Shown piece by piece: positions 1 through 10,500 of a DNA stretch of 64,000 nt; position 1 is the stretch's first letter, and every line of letters begins with the position of its first letter. The stretch lies in the NCBI GenBank assembly GCA_021852345.1, contig JAJZNL010000040.1, positions 22,278 through 86,277 on the forward strand. The letters are read 5' to 3'. The DNA comes from Actinomycetes bacterium (GTDB lineage Bacteria > Actinomycetota > Acidimicrobiia > Acidimicrobiales > JABEUL01). The notes under the pieces were generated by a model. The model ran no database searches, was not told the DNA's origin, and saw only the letters and a program-made list of their open reading frames with translations. The position numbers were made by a program, and so were the translations under genes.

Positions 1-13
1 AGAAAGTTGATGT

Positions 14-1945
14 TTGTTTTTGGTAACTAAAGGTCAGGATACTCAATTAAGCCGACTGATCGTAGACGTATGGCCTAACGTCAATTTCATAAATAAACCT
101 TATTCATATTTAATTGAGTCAACGGCAAAAAACTTTGAAATTTTAAACGTCGGTACAGTTGTCAAAATCCCATTTCACGGCAGAACGGTAAAAGGTTGGG
201 TTGCTAAGATTACACCTGTCTTTGAATTTGAGAAATCTGATTCTAAAAACGACCTTTCGACGCTAAAAAAAGTTCTTTCGTGCGTTTCCGTGGGACCAAA
301 ACCGACGATTGTAAAGCTGGCCGAAGCCTTAAAGGACAGATACTTTGTAAGTCCCGGGTATTTTTTAAATTTAGCTACTGCTAAAAAAAATGTATTAAAC
401 AAGAATTACTACAAAGTCCTTAATAAATTAGATGTAGACCATGCACATAAGCCGGAATTGGGACAAACTCAGCTGTCTATTGTCAGTTTTTTAAACGAGT
501 TTGTTAAAAAAATTGAAGTAGCCGGAGAGTCAAACGAGACTGGCACAAGCGAAATTGACAACGTTGCAATAATTAGACATCCGCCAAACAGTGATTTATT
601 CTGGCTCATTTCCGAATTAAGCGAATTAAATGGTTCGTTGGTAGTTTTAACACCGACAGCTTCTTTAATGAATCAGCTGTACGCAACTTTAAAACTTAAC
701 GGTATCGATGTAGCATACGAAGGTGATTACGAACCCAACCTAACAGATCACAAAGTTTATGTAGGTAACAGGAATAGCGTATTTACATCCAAACCTTCAA
801 AAATAGCCGGGATGATAGTTATCGATTTCCATAATGACTTGTATATTGACCAAAGGGCACCTTGTTTTAGTGCGGTGGATGTAGCCGGTGTTCGTTCTAA
901 ACTCGAAAACTTTATTTTGGTCCTTTGTTCGACAAGCCCGTCTCCGGAATTAATGTTTAGAATAGAATCAAATTCCCCAGAACCAAAAGTTAAAAAAGTA
1001 TTTTCTTACCCAACAGTTGTAGAAAATAATTCATGGCCCTATATCGAGGTATTTAAGAAATTTGAAGACAAAAATAAAGGTCTGCTCAGCGAAGTTATAA
1101 TTCGGCAAATTGAATCCGTTATAAAAAAGCAATCTCGAAGGGTAATCGTGGTATTTCAACAAAAAGGCTATATCAATTCTCTTGCATGCGTTGATTGCGG
1201 ATCGATTGTCGTTTGTGACAGATGCGGAACCGCTTTAAAATCAAAAAAGCTTGGTTCAGATGCCGTCTTGTTCTGTCAGTTTTGTGATTCGACAAGTTTA
1301 AGGATGTGCTTAAGTTGCGGATCTTTTAAATTAAAAACATTAAGAAAAGGGTTTTCGGCAATATTGGAAGAGTTCAAATTAGTATTGGATTCTGAAATTA
1401 AATTAACCGACGATTTCGACGAATTTGTTAAAGGAAATGCCGAGGTTCTAGTCAATACTTCATCTGTGCTAAACAGAAGGTATCGAACAAAAATAGGTCT
1501 GGTGGTATTTTTAGATTTTGACCAGTTTCTACAAAGACCGGCAATCAGCGCAATTAATGATTCTCTGGGTGTTGTTGTCGACGCTTGTAACTTAGTTGGT
1601 AAAAAGTCTTATAAACCGACAGGCAAAGTTCTTATTCAATCAGGAGTAGTTGATCATTATATTTTTGAATATCTGAAGACACTTAATTATGAGATCTATC
1701 TTGAACATGAACTTCAAAGGCGAGAGCTTTTTGGCTATCCTCCATATGTGTCGTTGGCTTATCTCTCGTCTTCCGGCAAAAAGGTGTTGGAAGATTTTAT
1801 TTCATCTGTTTTAGATCCCGACGTAGAAGTGCTGGGTCCGACGGTGGCTGATGAGTATGTTATTAAAGCAAATATAAATTTGCTGCGTCAATATTTAAAC
1901 TTAGACAGTAGAAACTCTAAAATAAAAGTTAAGTTGACTTTGTAG
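14..1945 (+). CDS. priA: Primosomal protein N' (PriA)-like, helicase ATPase motifs degenerate
   Basis: 643-aa ORF. It has an N-terminal 'VVKIPFHGRTVKGWV' segment, four Cys pairs (CVDCG..CDRCG..CQFCD..CLSCG) typical of the PriA zinc-binding insert, and a C-terminal 'FGYPPY'. The positions that align to Walker A (GxTGSGKT) and to DEEH read 'HPPNSDLF' and 'DFHN'. The start is uncertain (TTG 14 or TTG 20). Confidence 0.7.
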   Translation: MFLVTKGQDTQLSRLIVDVWPNVNFINKPYSYLIESTAKNFEILNVGTVVKIPFHGRTVKGWVAKITPVFEFEKSDSKNDLSTLKKVLSCVSVGPKPTIVKLAEALKDRYFVSPGYFLNLATAKKNVLNKNYYKVLNKLDVDHAHKPELGQTQLSIVSFLNEFVKKIEVAGESNETGTSEIDNVAIIRHPPNSDLFWLISELSELNGSLVVLTPTASLMNQLYATLKLNGIDVAYEGDYEPNLTDHKVYVGNRNSVFTSKPSKIAGMIVIDFHNDLYIDQRAPCFSAVDVAGVRSKLENFILVLCSTSPSPELMFRIESNSPEPKVKKVFSYPTVVENNSWPYIEVFKKFEDKNKGLLSEVIIRQIESVIKKQSRRVIVVFQQKGYINSLACVDCGSIVVCDRCGTALKSKKLGSDAVLFCQFCDSTSLRMCLSCGSFKLKTLRKGFSAILEEFKLVLDSEIKLTDDFDEFVKGNAEVLVNTSSVLNRRYRTKIGLVVFLDFDQFLQRPAISAINDSLGVVVDACNLVGKKSYKPTGKVLIQSGVVDHYIFEYLKTLNYEIYLEHELQRRELFGYPPYVSLAYLSSSGKKVLEDFISSVLDPDVEVLGPTVADEYVIKANINLLRQYLNLDSRNSKIKVKLTL

Positions 1946-1952
1946 ATTAATT

Positions 1953-2612
1953 GTGACCGAATTATTTAAAGAGAATCTAGGAAAATTAGAATTCGATATT
2001 CAAAAGTACTCCGAGAATCCGTCTCAGGTGGTGGTTGTGGCGGTGTCGAAGTTTCAACCAGCATCTTCTATAAAGAGGGCGCATAGCCTTGGGCAGATAG
2101 ACTTTGGGGAAAATTATGCCAAAGAGTTAGAAGAGAAGGTAAGTTCTGATGAGCTACAACATCTTTCTGATATTAAGTGGCATTTTATCGGTAATTTGCA
2201 GACAAATAAAATTCGTAAATTGAGTAAATTGGCGTATATGATACAAACGGTCAGCAGAGTCAAAGAATTGGAGTTTTTGGCTGAAGCTGGGTGCAGGGCA
2301 AAAATCCTGATTGAACTTAAATTTACTGATTCGCCAACTAAATCCGGAACGGATGTGACCAGTCTGAATACCCTCATCAAAAGAGCCGAACAATTGAATT
2401 TAAATCTGGTCGGATTGATGACCATGGGAGAACAAAATGATAAAACTAAAACAGAAGCTATATTTAACCAGGCATATAAAGCCTATTTGGAAAGCGGACT
2501 TAAGGTTTTATCTATGGGGATGAGTGATGATTATGACATCGCGCTTTCTTGCGGATCGAATATGATTAGAATAGGTACTTTTTTATTTGGCAAAAGAGAC
2601 ATTAAGTCGTAA
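1953..2612 (+). CDS. yggS: PLP-binding homeostasis protein YggS/ProsC family
   Basis: 219-aa ORF with a GTG start. Motifs are 'VVAVSKFQP' (PLP Lys), 'FGENY', 'WHFIGNLQTNK' and 'LSMGMSDD'. It lies directly upstream of sepF. Confidence 0.85.
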   Translation: MTELFKENLGKLEFDIQKYSENPSQVVVVAVSKFQPASSIKRAHSLGQIDFGENYAKELEEKVSSDELQHLSDIKWHFIGNLQTNKIRKLSKLAYMIQTVSRVKELEFLAEAGCRAKILIELKFTDSPTKSGTDVTSLNTLIKRAEQLNLNLVGLMTMGEQNDKTKTEAIFNQAYKAYLESGLKVLSMGMSDDYDIALSCGSNMIRIGTFLFGKRDIKS

Positions 2613-2674
2613 CCGTAAAAGGTTATAATATGGATAGGTACCATTTTGGGCAAAAGGTCTTTTAAGGAGTTAAA

Positions 2675-3289
2675 ATGCAACCATTTTTGAAAAAAGTTAT
2701 GGCAGGACTGGGAATCGGTGATCCTGATGAATATTACGATGAAGAAGAATTTGAGGCTTATGACGGCTATGACATGGAAGATGAGCAATTTGAAGACCGA
2801 TATGAGCCTGAGACCATACAACCTAAGAGAAAAAGAGTTGAACCTTCCGTAGTTGCTTTTCAGGAACAAAGCGATAACAATATGGTCAAACCGGTTCCTA
2901 TTCGTCCAGTTAAAACCGAAATGACCGCAATGAGAAAACCGCAATTACAGGTGCAGGCGCCTAAACCTATTGAATCCGAAGAACTGATTTCCATTAAGCC
3001 AAGCCCAAGGCAGCAGTTCTCAAAACCGTACGTTGTCGCTCCGAAGACATATGCGGATGCCCAACAAATCGGTAATCACTTTAAACAGCATCAGCCTATA
3101 ATAGTGAACCTTGAATTGGCCGACAGAGATCTGGTCAGGAGAATGATTGATTTTTGTTCTGGTTTAACTTTTGGATTAAACGGGACAATTGAAAAAGTTG
3201 CCGATCAAGTGTTTTTGCTGTCTCCAGTTGACATGCGAATATCTAAAGAAGACAAAGAACGCATACAACGCCAACGACTCTACCGTTGA
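2675..3289 (+). CDS. sepF: Cell division protein SepF
   Basis: 204 aa, with AAGGAG upstream of the ATG. It has an acidic N-terminus and the conserved C-terminal SepF domain 'PIIVNLELADRDLVRRMIDFCSGLTFGLNGTIEKVADQVFLLSP'. Confidence 0.85.
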   Translation: MQPFLKKVMAGLGIGDPDEYYDEEEFEAYDGYDMEDEQFEDRYEPETIQPKRKRVEPSVVAFQEQSDNNMVKPVPIRPVKTEMTAMRKPQLQVQAPKPIESEELISIKPSPRQQFSKPYVVAPKTYADAQQIGNHFKQHQPIIVNLELADRDLVRRMIDFCSGLTFGLNGTIEKVADQVFLLSPVDMRISKEDKERIQRQRLYR

Positions 3290-3496
3290 TGTTGATGATT
3301 TAAAGATGTCCCGCCGACGATTTTGTTGATATTCTTGCTAGTATTTATTACCTAGAAGTATTATCGACCGCAAGAAAAGTCAAAATACGTAAAAAAATAG
3401 CGTTGTTAGTTCCTTAGCAAATTGTAAAATCCTTTGAATTAAGGATACTTTTGTTTTAACTAGTTTTTTACCGTTTATTTTTAAATGTTTTGAACT

Positions 3497-3552
3497 AGTG
3501 AATTAAAGCCAGCGAATTAAAGCCAGCGAATTAAAGATAGTGAATTAATATG
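3497..3552. repeat. Tandem direct repeat, 4 x 14 nt; the last copy contains the yggT start codon
   Basis: The four units are AGTGAATTAAAGCC, AGCGAATTAAAGCC, AGCGAATTAAAGAT and AGTGAATTAATATG, read directly from the sequence. Confidence 0.9.
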
Positions 3553-3813
3553 GGATTTGGATCCAACATTATATGTGACATAATCAATTTAATGATTGTG
3601 GTGGTATTCCTGGCGGCAATTTTGACTTGGTTTCCGAGCCAACCGGGAACAACGTTTTATCAGGTTTCAAAGTTTTTTCGAACTATAACTGAGCCAATCT
3701 ATCGACCGTTGAGGAAAGTTATTCCTCCAATAGGGTCCGGAGCCATAAGAATGGACATTACGCCAATAATCGCCATTATTGGGCTTGAATTGATCTCAAG
3801 GATTATTTGTTAA
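3550..3813 (+). CDS. yggT: YggT/Ycf19 family membrane protein
   Basis: 87-aa hydrophobic ORF with 'YRPLRKVIPPIG' and 'DITPIIAIIGLE'. Its position between sepF and divIVA is conserved. Confidence 0.7.
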   Translation: MGFGSNIICDIINLMIVVVFLAAILTWFPSQPGTTFYQVSKFFRTITEPIYRPLRKVIPPIGSGAIRMDITPIIAIIGLELISRIIC

Positions 3814-3907
3814 GATTTACCGTTTTAATAAGAATAAGACAGGATGTCTAAATTAATTGTTTAAAATACCGCAAAATTCCCAAAATGTTAACAATTGACC
3901 GTCTAAA

Positions 3908-4810
3908 TTGGTTACCATGGTAGTTATGGAGTTTTTAAGTAAGAAGTTACGTGAAGTAGAATTCAGTGAAAAGCTGAGAGGTTTTAATAAAGACGAAGTA
4001 GACGAGTTTTTAGAACAGGCGGCTGTAGAGGCCAGTGTTTTAGAAGAAAAGCTCGCCAGAGCTCAAGAGCTTGCATTGGAACTTGAGGACAAATTAAAAC
4101 ACTCTTCGTCGACCAAAATTCCGGCTCAGGCTCCAGTCGTTAAAACTCCGGTGGTTGCCGAAGTTCCCAAAGTTGTACAGCCAGTGGACGATAAGACCAT
4201 CGCCGATAAGATGTCAAAAACCCTTTTGATTGCTCAAAAAACTGCTGACGAAATAATTGCTCAAGCGCAAAATCAGGCAAACGCAATGATTACTTCCGCG
4301 CAAAACGATGCCAAGAAACTTGAAGTTGAAGTAAAAAGATCGTTGGAGGCTGAAGTGATGAAGCTTCAGCAGATAAAAGCTCAGCTTGAGCGAGAGATTC
4401 AGGATCTCTCCGTACTGATTAATAAAGAACGAGACGATTTGGCAGGATCGCTTTCACATTTGGCTGACATGGTTAGAAACCATTTGTCAAATGACCGTAT
4501 CGAATCGATTGTTTCGATGGAATCGACTAAGCCAGAAATTTCACAAGATAGTATTATTAATGTAAATGGGGGCTCCACGGAACCTCCGAAGGTCGAAGAT
4601 GAGCCAGTGAAGGCAGATATTGACCTGTTTAACGTTGATTTAGATACATCCGATCCCCTAAAACCCCAAATCAGAGATTTTCCGAAGCCGATAGGTGAGT
4701 CAAACAGCAGAGAAGCTCTGTTTGGAGGCAGCGATGTAGAAGACGGCGTAGGAGCGAATGTAAGGGTAGTGGAGTATCATACCTTTGAAGTTCCTAAGAT
4801 ACAAGGCTGA
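3908..4810 (+). CDS. divIVA: DivIVA/Wag31 family polar scaffold protein
   Basis: 300 aa. The N-terminal signature is 'FSEKLRGFNKDEVDEFLEQ', followed by long coiled-coil-like A/E/K/Q-rich sequence. The start is ambiguous (TTG 3908, ATG 3917 or ATG 3926). Confidence 0.75.
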   Translation: MVTMVVMEFLSKKLREVEFSEKLRGFNKDEVDEFLEQAAVEASVLEEKLARAQELALELEDKLKHSSSTKIPAQAPVVKTPVVAEVPKVVQPVDDKTIADKMSKTLLIAQKTADEIIAQAQNQANAMITSAQNDAKKLEVEVKRSLEAEVMKLQQIKAQLEREIQDLSVLINKERDDLAGSLSHLADMVRNHLSNDRIESIVSMESTKPEISQDSIINVNGGSTEPPKVEDEPVKADIDLFNVDLDTSDPLKPQIRDFPKPIGESNSREALFGGSDVEDGVGANVRVVEYHTFEVPKIQG

Positions 4811-5079
4811 CAGATTTTCTGTTTAAAGAGTTTAGGCAATTCGTATTGCTGTCTTAAGTTTATTGAGTTTTATGTGGGGCCTTATTTTAAAGAAAATATC
4901 TTCGGTGGCTGTTCTGACTAAGCGTGGTCATTGGGTTATGATCCTAAGATAATTAAGAAGCTAATTCCAACAAGAACTGCTGCCACTTAACCAGTTAGCA
5001 TAAATCATGGAAATCGGTTAACCCAAAAGACAAAATTTGGAATACATAAGATAGTAATTTATGGTAACTTTTTTGAATA

Positions 5080-6483
5080 ATGAGTTTTGATTATAAGAAA
5101 CTGCTTAGCGAAAAAATATCCAAGAGGGAACACCTTTACAATAAGTATCTTAACGCCCAGCTGTTAAAAGTTTTAAAGACGATTGACTTTGATGTAACAT
5201 ACGTTAAAGGCACTGGTTGTTATATCGAAGATGAAAATGCAAATCGATACTTGGATTTCTTATCGGGGTTCGGTGTTTTTGCACTCGGTCGAAACCATCC
5301 TATTGTCAAAGAGAATCTGATTGCAGCTTTAAATGACGACCTACCCAATTTGGTTCAGATGGAAGCGTCGGTTATGCCGGCTATGCTGGCTGAAAAGCTT
5401 GTGTCACTGTTTCAAACAGAGTCAAAAAGTTCGCCTAGGTTGACCAAGGTATTTTTTACAAATTCCGGCGCTGAGTCTATCGAATCGGCAATTAAATTTG
5501 CTAGAGCCTATACAAATAAAAACAGGTTAGTTTATTTTAATCATGCCTTTCACGGTCTCACGACTGGGGCTTTAGCTCTCAACGGGTCAGAAGAGTTTAA
5601 AAATGGATTTGGAAATCTATTGGAATCGACCATGGTTGAGTTCGGTTCGATTGGATCGGTTGAAAAAGAACTTCGAAGAATGGACGTGGCGGCAGTTGTC
5701 ATTGAACCTATTCAGGGCAAAGGAGTATTTGAAGCGACTCCAGATTTTTACAAGGAACTTTCTCAAGTTTGTAAACGGTATTCTGCGCTTTTGGTCGTAG
5801 ATGAAGTTCAGTCTGGAATAGGAAGAACCGGCAAATGGTTTTGTTTCCAGCATTATGATATTATGCCGGACATTGTTACGGTCTCTAAGGCATTATCCGG
5901 AGGTTTTATACCGGTAGGTGCAATGATCACTTCAAAAGAGATATTTGAGTCGGTCTATAACAAAATGGAAAAGGCCATGATTCACTCATCGACTTTCGGT
6001 CAGAATCACCTGGCGATGGTGGCAGGACTTGCCACTTTAAATGTTATTGAACAAGAAAATATAATAGAAAACGTTAATCAAACTGGAGGCTATCTCATTG
6101 ACAGGCTAAGAGAGCTACAGACAAGAGCAGAAATAGTTAAAGAAGTGAGAGGTCGGGGACTGATGGTGGGCATAGAGTTTAAGGAACCGAGATCTTTGGT
6201 CGCAAAAAGTCGATTTAAACTTTTGGAGACGGCCAAAAAGGGTTTATTTAGTCAACTTATTGTGGGGCCGTTGTTTTCAAAACATCGGATATTAACTCAG
6301 GTGGCGGGCGAAAACATGAACATAATTAAACTGCTGCCACCTCTAATCGTTACAAAAAAAGAGATAGATTATTTTATGGATGCATTTGAAGACGTATTAT
6401 TAGATGCACAGAATTCGTCTGCTTTGATGATTGATTTTGGAAAAAAATTAATTAGAGGCGCTAAAGAGTTTCGTCAGATTTAG
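5080..6483 (+). CDS. Class-III PLP-dependent aminotransferase (acetylornithine/GABA aminotransferase family)
   Basis: 467 aa. Motifs are 'FTNSGAESIESAIKFAR', 'DEVQSGIGRTGKWF' and 'TVSKALSGG' (Schiff-base Lys). The substrate cannot be called from sequence. Confidence 0.8.
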   Translation: MSFDYKKLLSEKISKREHLYNKYLNAQLLKVLKTIDFDVTYVKGTGCYIEDENANRYLDFLSGFGVFALGRNHPIVKENLIAALNDDLPNLVQMEASVMPAMLAEKLVSLFQTESKSSPRLTKVFFTNSGAESIESAIKFARAYTNKNRLVYFNHAFHGLTTGALALNGSEEFKNGFGNLLESTMVEFGSIGSVEKELRRMDVAAVVIEPIQGKGVFEATPDFYKELSQVCKRYSALLVVDEVQSGIGRTGKWFCFQHYDIMPDIVTVSKALSGGFIPVGAMITSKEIFESVYNKMEKAMIHSSTFGQNHLAMVAGLATLNVIEQENIIENVNQTGGYLIDRLRELQTRAEIVKEVRGRGLMVGIEFKEPRSLVAKSRFKLLETAKKGLFSQLIVGPLFSKHRILTQVAGENMNIIKLLPPLIVTKKEIDYFMDAFEDVLLDAQNSSALMIDFGKKLIRGAKEFRQI

Positions 6484-6490
6484 AAAACGC

Positions 6491-7531
6491 ATGGAAATTT
6501 TCGACGGTAAAAATACAGTACTGGTTACGGGCGCAAACGGATTTATTGGTTCTGCAATATGCAATGCTTTGCTTTCGGAGTCCGCAGAAGTAATTGCAAT
6601 GGTTGAGCCCAACACAGATCTGTCAAATTTGAAGGGCCTAAACCTTAAAGTTGTAGAAGCGGACGTAAGAAACTATGGCGAATTAGAGAAAATCTTAAAA
6701 GGCGTCAACCTAGTATTTCACTGTGCTGCAATTTATAAATTTAATTCGAAAAATAAGGAGCTTTTTTATGATGTTAATGTCTCTGGGAGCATTAATATCA
6801 TAAAAGCCGCCATGGCAAATGAGGCAAAAAAAATAGTTTATACCTCTACCGTGGGAACGATAGGACTGCAGTGGGATAGAGCGTCAAGTGAAGACCGATA
6901 TGCGGACGTATCACACCTCTATGGGAACTATAAACGCTCTAAATATGTTGCCGAACACGAAGTACTCAGATTAACGGCTAGAGGAGCACCAGTGGTTTTG
7001 GCTCAACCGACCATGCCAATAGGACCTCGAGATATCGCACCAAGTCCGTCTGGTCAGATGGTAGTTGATTTTTTAAATAAAAAAATGTTCGGTTATGCTA
7101 ATACGGTGATGAATATTGTCGATGTAGATGATGTTGCTCACGGTCACCTTTTGGCGATGGACAAAGGGGAAATTGGTCAAAGTTATATTTTCGGTGGTGA
7201 GAATTTGACAATGAAACAGGTAATAGATTTACTTGAATCAATAACTGGATTTAAATACACAAAAGTACGAGTTCCAAAATCGGTAATTCTAGCCATGGGC
7301 TATTTGTCTGAGTATGTCGGATCAAAATTGACAGAGCACCCTTCTAGAGTACCTCTTGAGGCTGCCAAAATGGCGACGTCTTATATGGCTTTTGATGACT
7401 CACTGGCGCGTAAGGCTCTTGGATATAATTCCAGACCTGCTAAGACAGCATTGCTTAGATCCTGTTCTTGGTATTTAAACAACGGTTACGTTAAGCAAAA
7501 CTATCTTAAGCAGATAAAACTTAACGGCTAA
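6491..7531 (+). CDS. NAD(P)-dependent epimerase/dehydratase (extended SDR)
   Basis: 346 aa with the Rossmann motif 'VLVTGANGFIGSAI' and catalytic 'YKRSK' (YxxxK). It starts 8 nt after the aminotransferase gene, so the two are probably co-transcribed. Confidence 0.75.
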   Translation: MEIFDGKNTVLVTGANGFIGSAICNALLSESAEVIAMVEPNTDLSNLKGLNLKVVEADVRNYGELEKILKGVNLVFHCAAIYKFNSKNKELFYDVNVSGSINIIKAAMANEAKKIVYTSTVGTIGLQWDRASSEDRYADVSHLYGNYKRSKYVAEHEVLRLTARGAPVVLAQPTMPIGPRDIAPSPSGQMVVDFLNKKMFGYANTVMNIVDVDDVAHGHLLAMDKGEIGQSYIFGGENLTMKQVIDLLESITGFKYTKVRVPKSVILAMGYLSEYVGSKLTEHPSRVPLEAAKMATSYMAFDDSLARKALGYNSRPAKTALLRSCSWYLNNGYVKQNYLKQIKLNG

Positions 7532-7599
7532 ATTTGAAACCCTTAGGAAAATTTTGTGTTAGCTCACCGGCAGGATTTAAAGGTGAATTTTTAAACTTT

Positions 7600-10500
7600 T
7601 CAGTCTCGTTTGAAAATCCACGCCTTAAAGATTTCTTGATTGGGCAACGTGTTGGTAATTTGAACCAGACAATTTGAATTGTCAATTGCCAACTCGTCAA
7701 GGCTATCCGTGTCAATATAATTTATTGGTTCAGCAGCAAGTACTTGAAGTTCGATTTCCTTGGAATAATTTGATATCGAGTTTATCGTGATCTTTGAAGA
7801 AGCAAACGTGACTTTGATCTTATCTGTTACGACCAAGTCGGCATCCTTCCTAGCCTGCTGGATAAAACGTATTATATCTCTGCTCAGTCCTTCATTTTCT
7901 AATTCTTGCGTCAATACCAAGTCGAGTTTTATCACACACCCGTACTCGGATAAAACGCGGGAGTCTACGTTGTCTATTGGTACGAGTTTTACTTCGGCCT
8001 CATTCTCTAAAAGTTCAATGCCAGCTATTTCAATCTTGCCTTGATCGTTTCTAATCCAGTTATTTTGTCTTGCGGCAGCCATGACGACAGGAGTGTCTTT
8101 GCCGACACGCGGGCCTATTAAAGAAGGAACTAAACTAAGTTCAAGTTTTGCAATTTGGTCAACTTGATTTATGAATTCAATTCCTTTTACGTTTATTTCG
8201 TCTTTAATTAAGTCCGAAAATGCCATAATTTGTTTGTGGTCCTCAACTGCAATAATAAGCTTGTTTAACGGAAGTCGCGCTCTTAAATGATTTGCCTTTC
8301 TAATTGAATGAGAATTGGAGCAGATCTCTCTTACTAAATCCATTGTGTCTACCAATGAGTCATCGGTTTCGAAATCATTCAAGTCCGGCCAGTCCGTTAG
8401 ATGTACGCTTCTGTCGCCGGTGAGACCTTTATAAATAGATTCAGTTATAAGCGGAAGTACTGGGGCTGCAATCTTGCACAGATTAACCAAGACGGTGTGC
8501 AGGGTGTTATATGCCTGTATCTTTTCTGTAGTCGGTACGTCTCCTTTGGGAGCCCAAAATCTATCGCGGGATCTTCTTATGTACCAATTTGTCAGAGCGT
8601 CTAAAAACTTTAGTATCTCACCGCAAGCTTTAGATAGGTCTTCGGTGTTAAATGCATCTTCTGTTACACGAATAACAGACGAAAGTTTAGCCAAAATATA
8701 TTTGTCCAAAATCCCGTCGGGGTGGTAATTGATTTGAGGAAAAATGTCGTCTATGTTGGCATACAGACTTAAAAAGTACCACGCATTCCAAAGAGGATTG
8801 ATTACTTGCCTTATCGATTCCAACGGACCTTTTTCGTCAATAGTTACATCTAATCCGCGGCTTACCGGACCCGAAAGCATCGAAAAACGCATAGCGTCAG
8901 ATCCATATTTATTAAATATCTCTTCGGGGTCGGGGTAATTTTTAAGGCGTTTGGAAAGTTTTCGGCCGTCGTTACCCAAAACAATGCCGTGGGTCATGCA
9001 TGTTTTAAAAGGAGGTTTATCGAATAGAGCGGTTCCTAATACGTGTAGCGTATAAAACCATCCGCGAACTTGCCCAATGTATTCTACGATAAAGTCCGCA
9101 GGGAAGTGCTCTTCAAACCACTGCTTGTTTTCAAACGGGTAATGCTGACTCGCAAACGGCATTGAACCTGATTCAAACCAGCAGTCTAATACATCTGGAA
9201 TTCTTACCATCATTGATTTTCCGGTAGGATCGTCCGGGTTTACTCTGGTTAAACCATCAATTTCCGGGCGGTGCAACTCAACAACATCCGTCTTAAAATC
9301 TCTTTCCAACTCTTCAACTGAACCGTATACGTCAACCCTTGGATAGTTTGGGTCGGTACTCTTCCAAACTGGGATCGGAGTTCCCCAATACCGGTTTCGG
9401 CTGATTGACCAGTCTCGTGCTCCTTGAATCCATTTGCCAAAGGATCCGTCTTTAACGTGAGGTGGAATCCACCTGATTTGATCATTGAGATTGACCATCT
9501 CATCTTTGATATCCGTTACGCTCACAAACCACGAGCTAAGCGCTCTATAGATTAAAGGGGTGTCGCTTCGCCAGCAGTGCGGATATGGGTGTTCATAAAT
9601 TTCCGTTTTAAAAAGACAGCCTTTATCTTGAAGTCTTTCTACGACTAATTTATTTGCGTCAAATACCTGTATCCCCTCAAAATCTTTAACCTGTTCAGTG
9701 AATCTACCTCGATCGTCAACAGGACACACAACTTCGATGTTGTGTTGTTTGCATGTTGTTTGATCGTCTTCACCAAATCCGGGCGCCAAATGGACAATTC
9801 CCGTTCCCTCGGCGGTAGTTACAAAATCACCGGACACTATTTTAAAAGAGTTAGGCCAGTTGGAAAAATATTCGAACAGAGGTACATAAGCTCGGTCGAC
9901 TAAGTCGAAGCCCTTAATTGTTTTAAGGATTGAAGAATTCAAAAGTTCAGTTTTTTGGTCTTCATCTAGCGTTGGGTCTGCGCTTTTTAAAAGCTCGTCT
10001 TTATAATGAGACAGCCTCTCTTTGGCTATTACGAGATGTCTGTCTTTTTGGTCATTGTGGTTGCTTAATGAATTCAAACTTATGATAACGTAATCGATAT
10101 CTAATCCAATTGCAAGAGCTAAGTTGGATGGCAATGTCCACGGTGTCGTGGTCCAAACCAATATTTCGCTATCTGCTTCTGACTTTTCTAACAACGGTTC
10201 GGTAAGTTTGAATTTTACAGTAACAGCTGGATCTTTTCTTAGTCGATATGAATCATCTTGTCTCGTTTCAAAATTAGACAAGGGTGTTTCACACTCCCAA
10301 CAATATGGAAGGACACGAAATCCTTCGTAAGCTAAAGATTTTTCATACAAATTTTTGAAGGCCCACATGACACTTTCCATATAGTTTTTGTCCATGGTCT
10401 TATAGTTATTTTGCATGTCAACCCATCTGGCTTGCCTTCTCACGTAATAGGCCCACGTATCTGTCGTATTGTCAACGAGGCTTCTGCAGTAGTAATTAAA

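Noticed and set aside
4936-4986. 16-codon minus-strand ORF (GTG) encoding the hydrophobic peptide AAVLVGISFLIILGS, in the divIVA-aminotransferase spacer
   Set aside because: It is too short and has no Shine-Dalgarno or promoter evidence, and it cannot be distinguished from chance.
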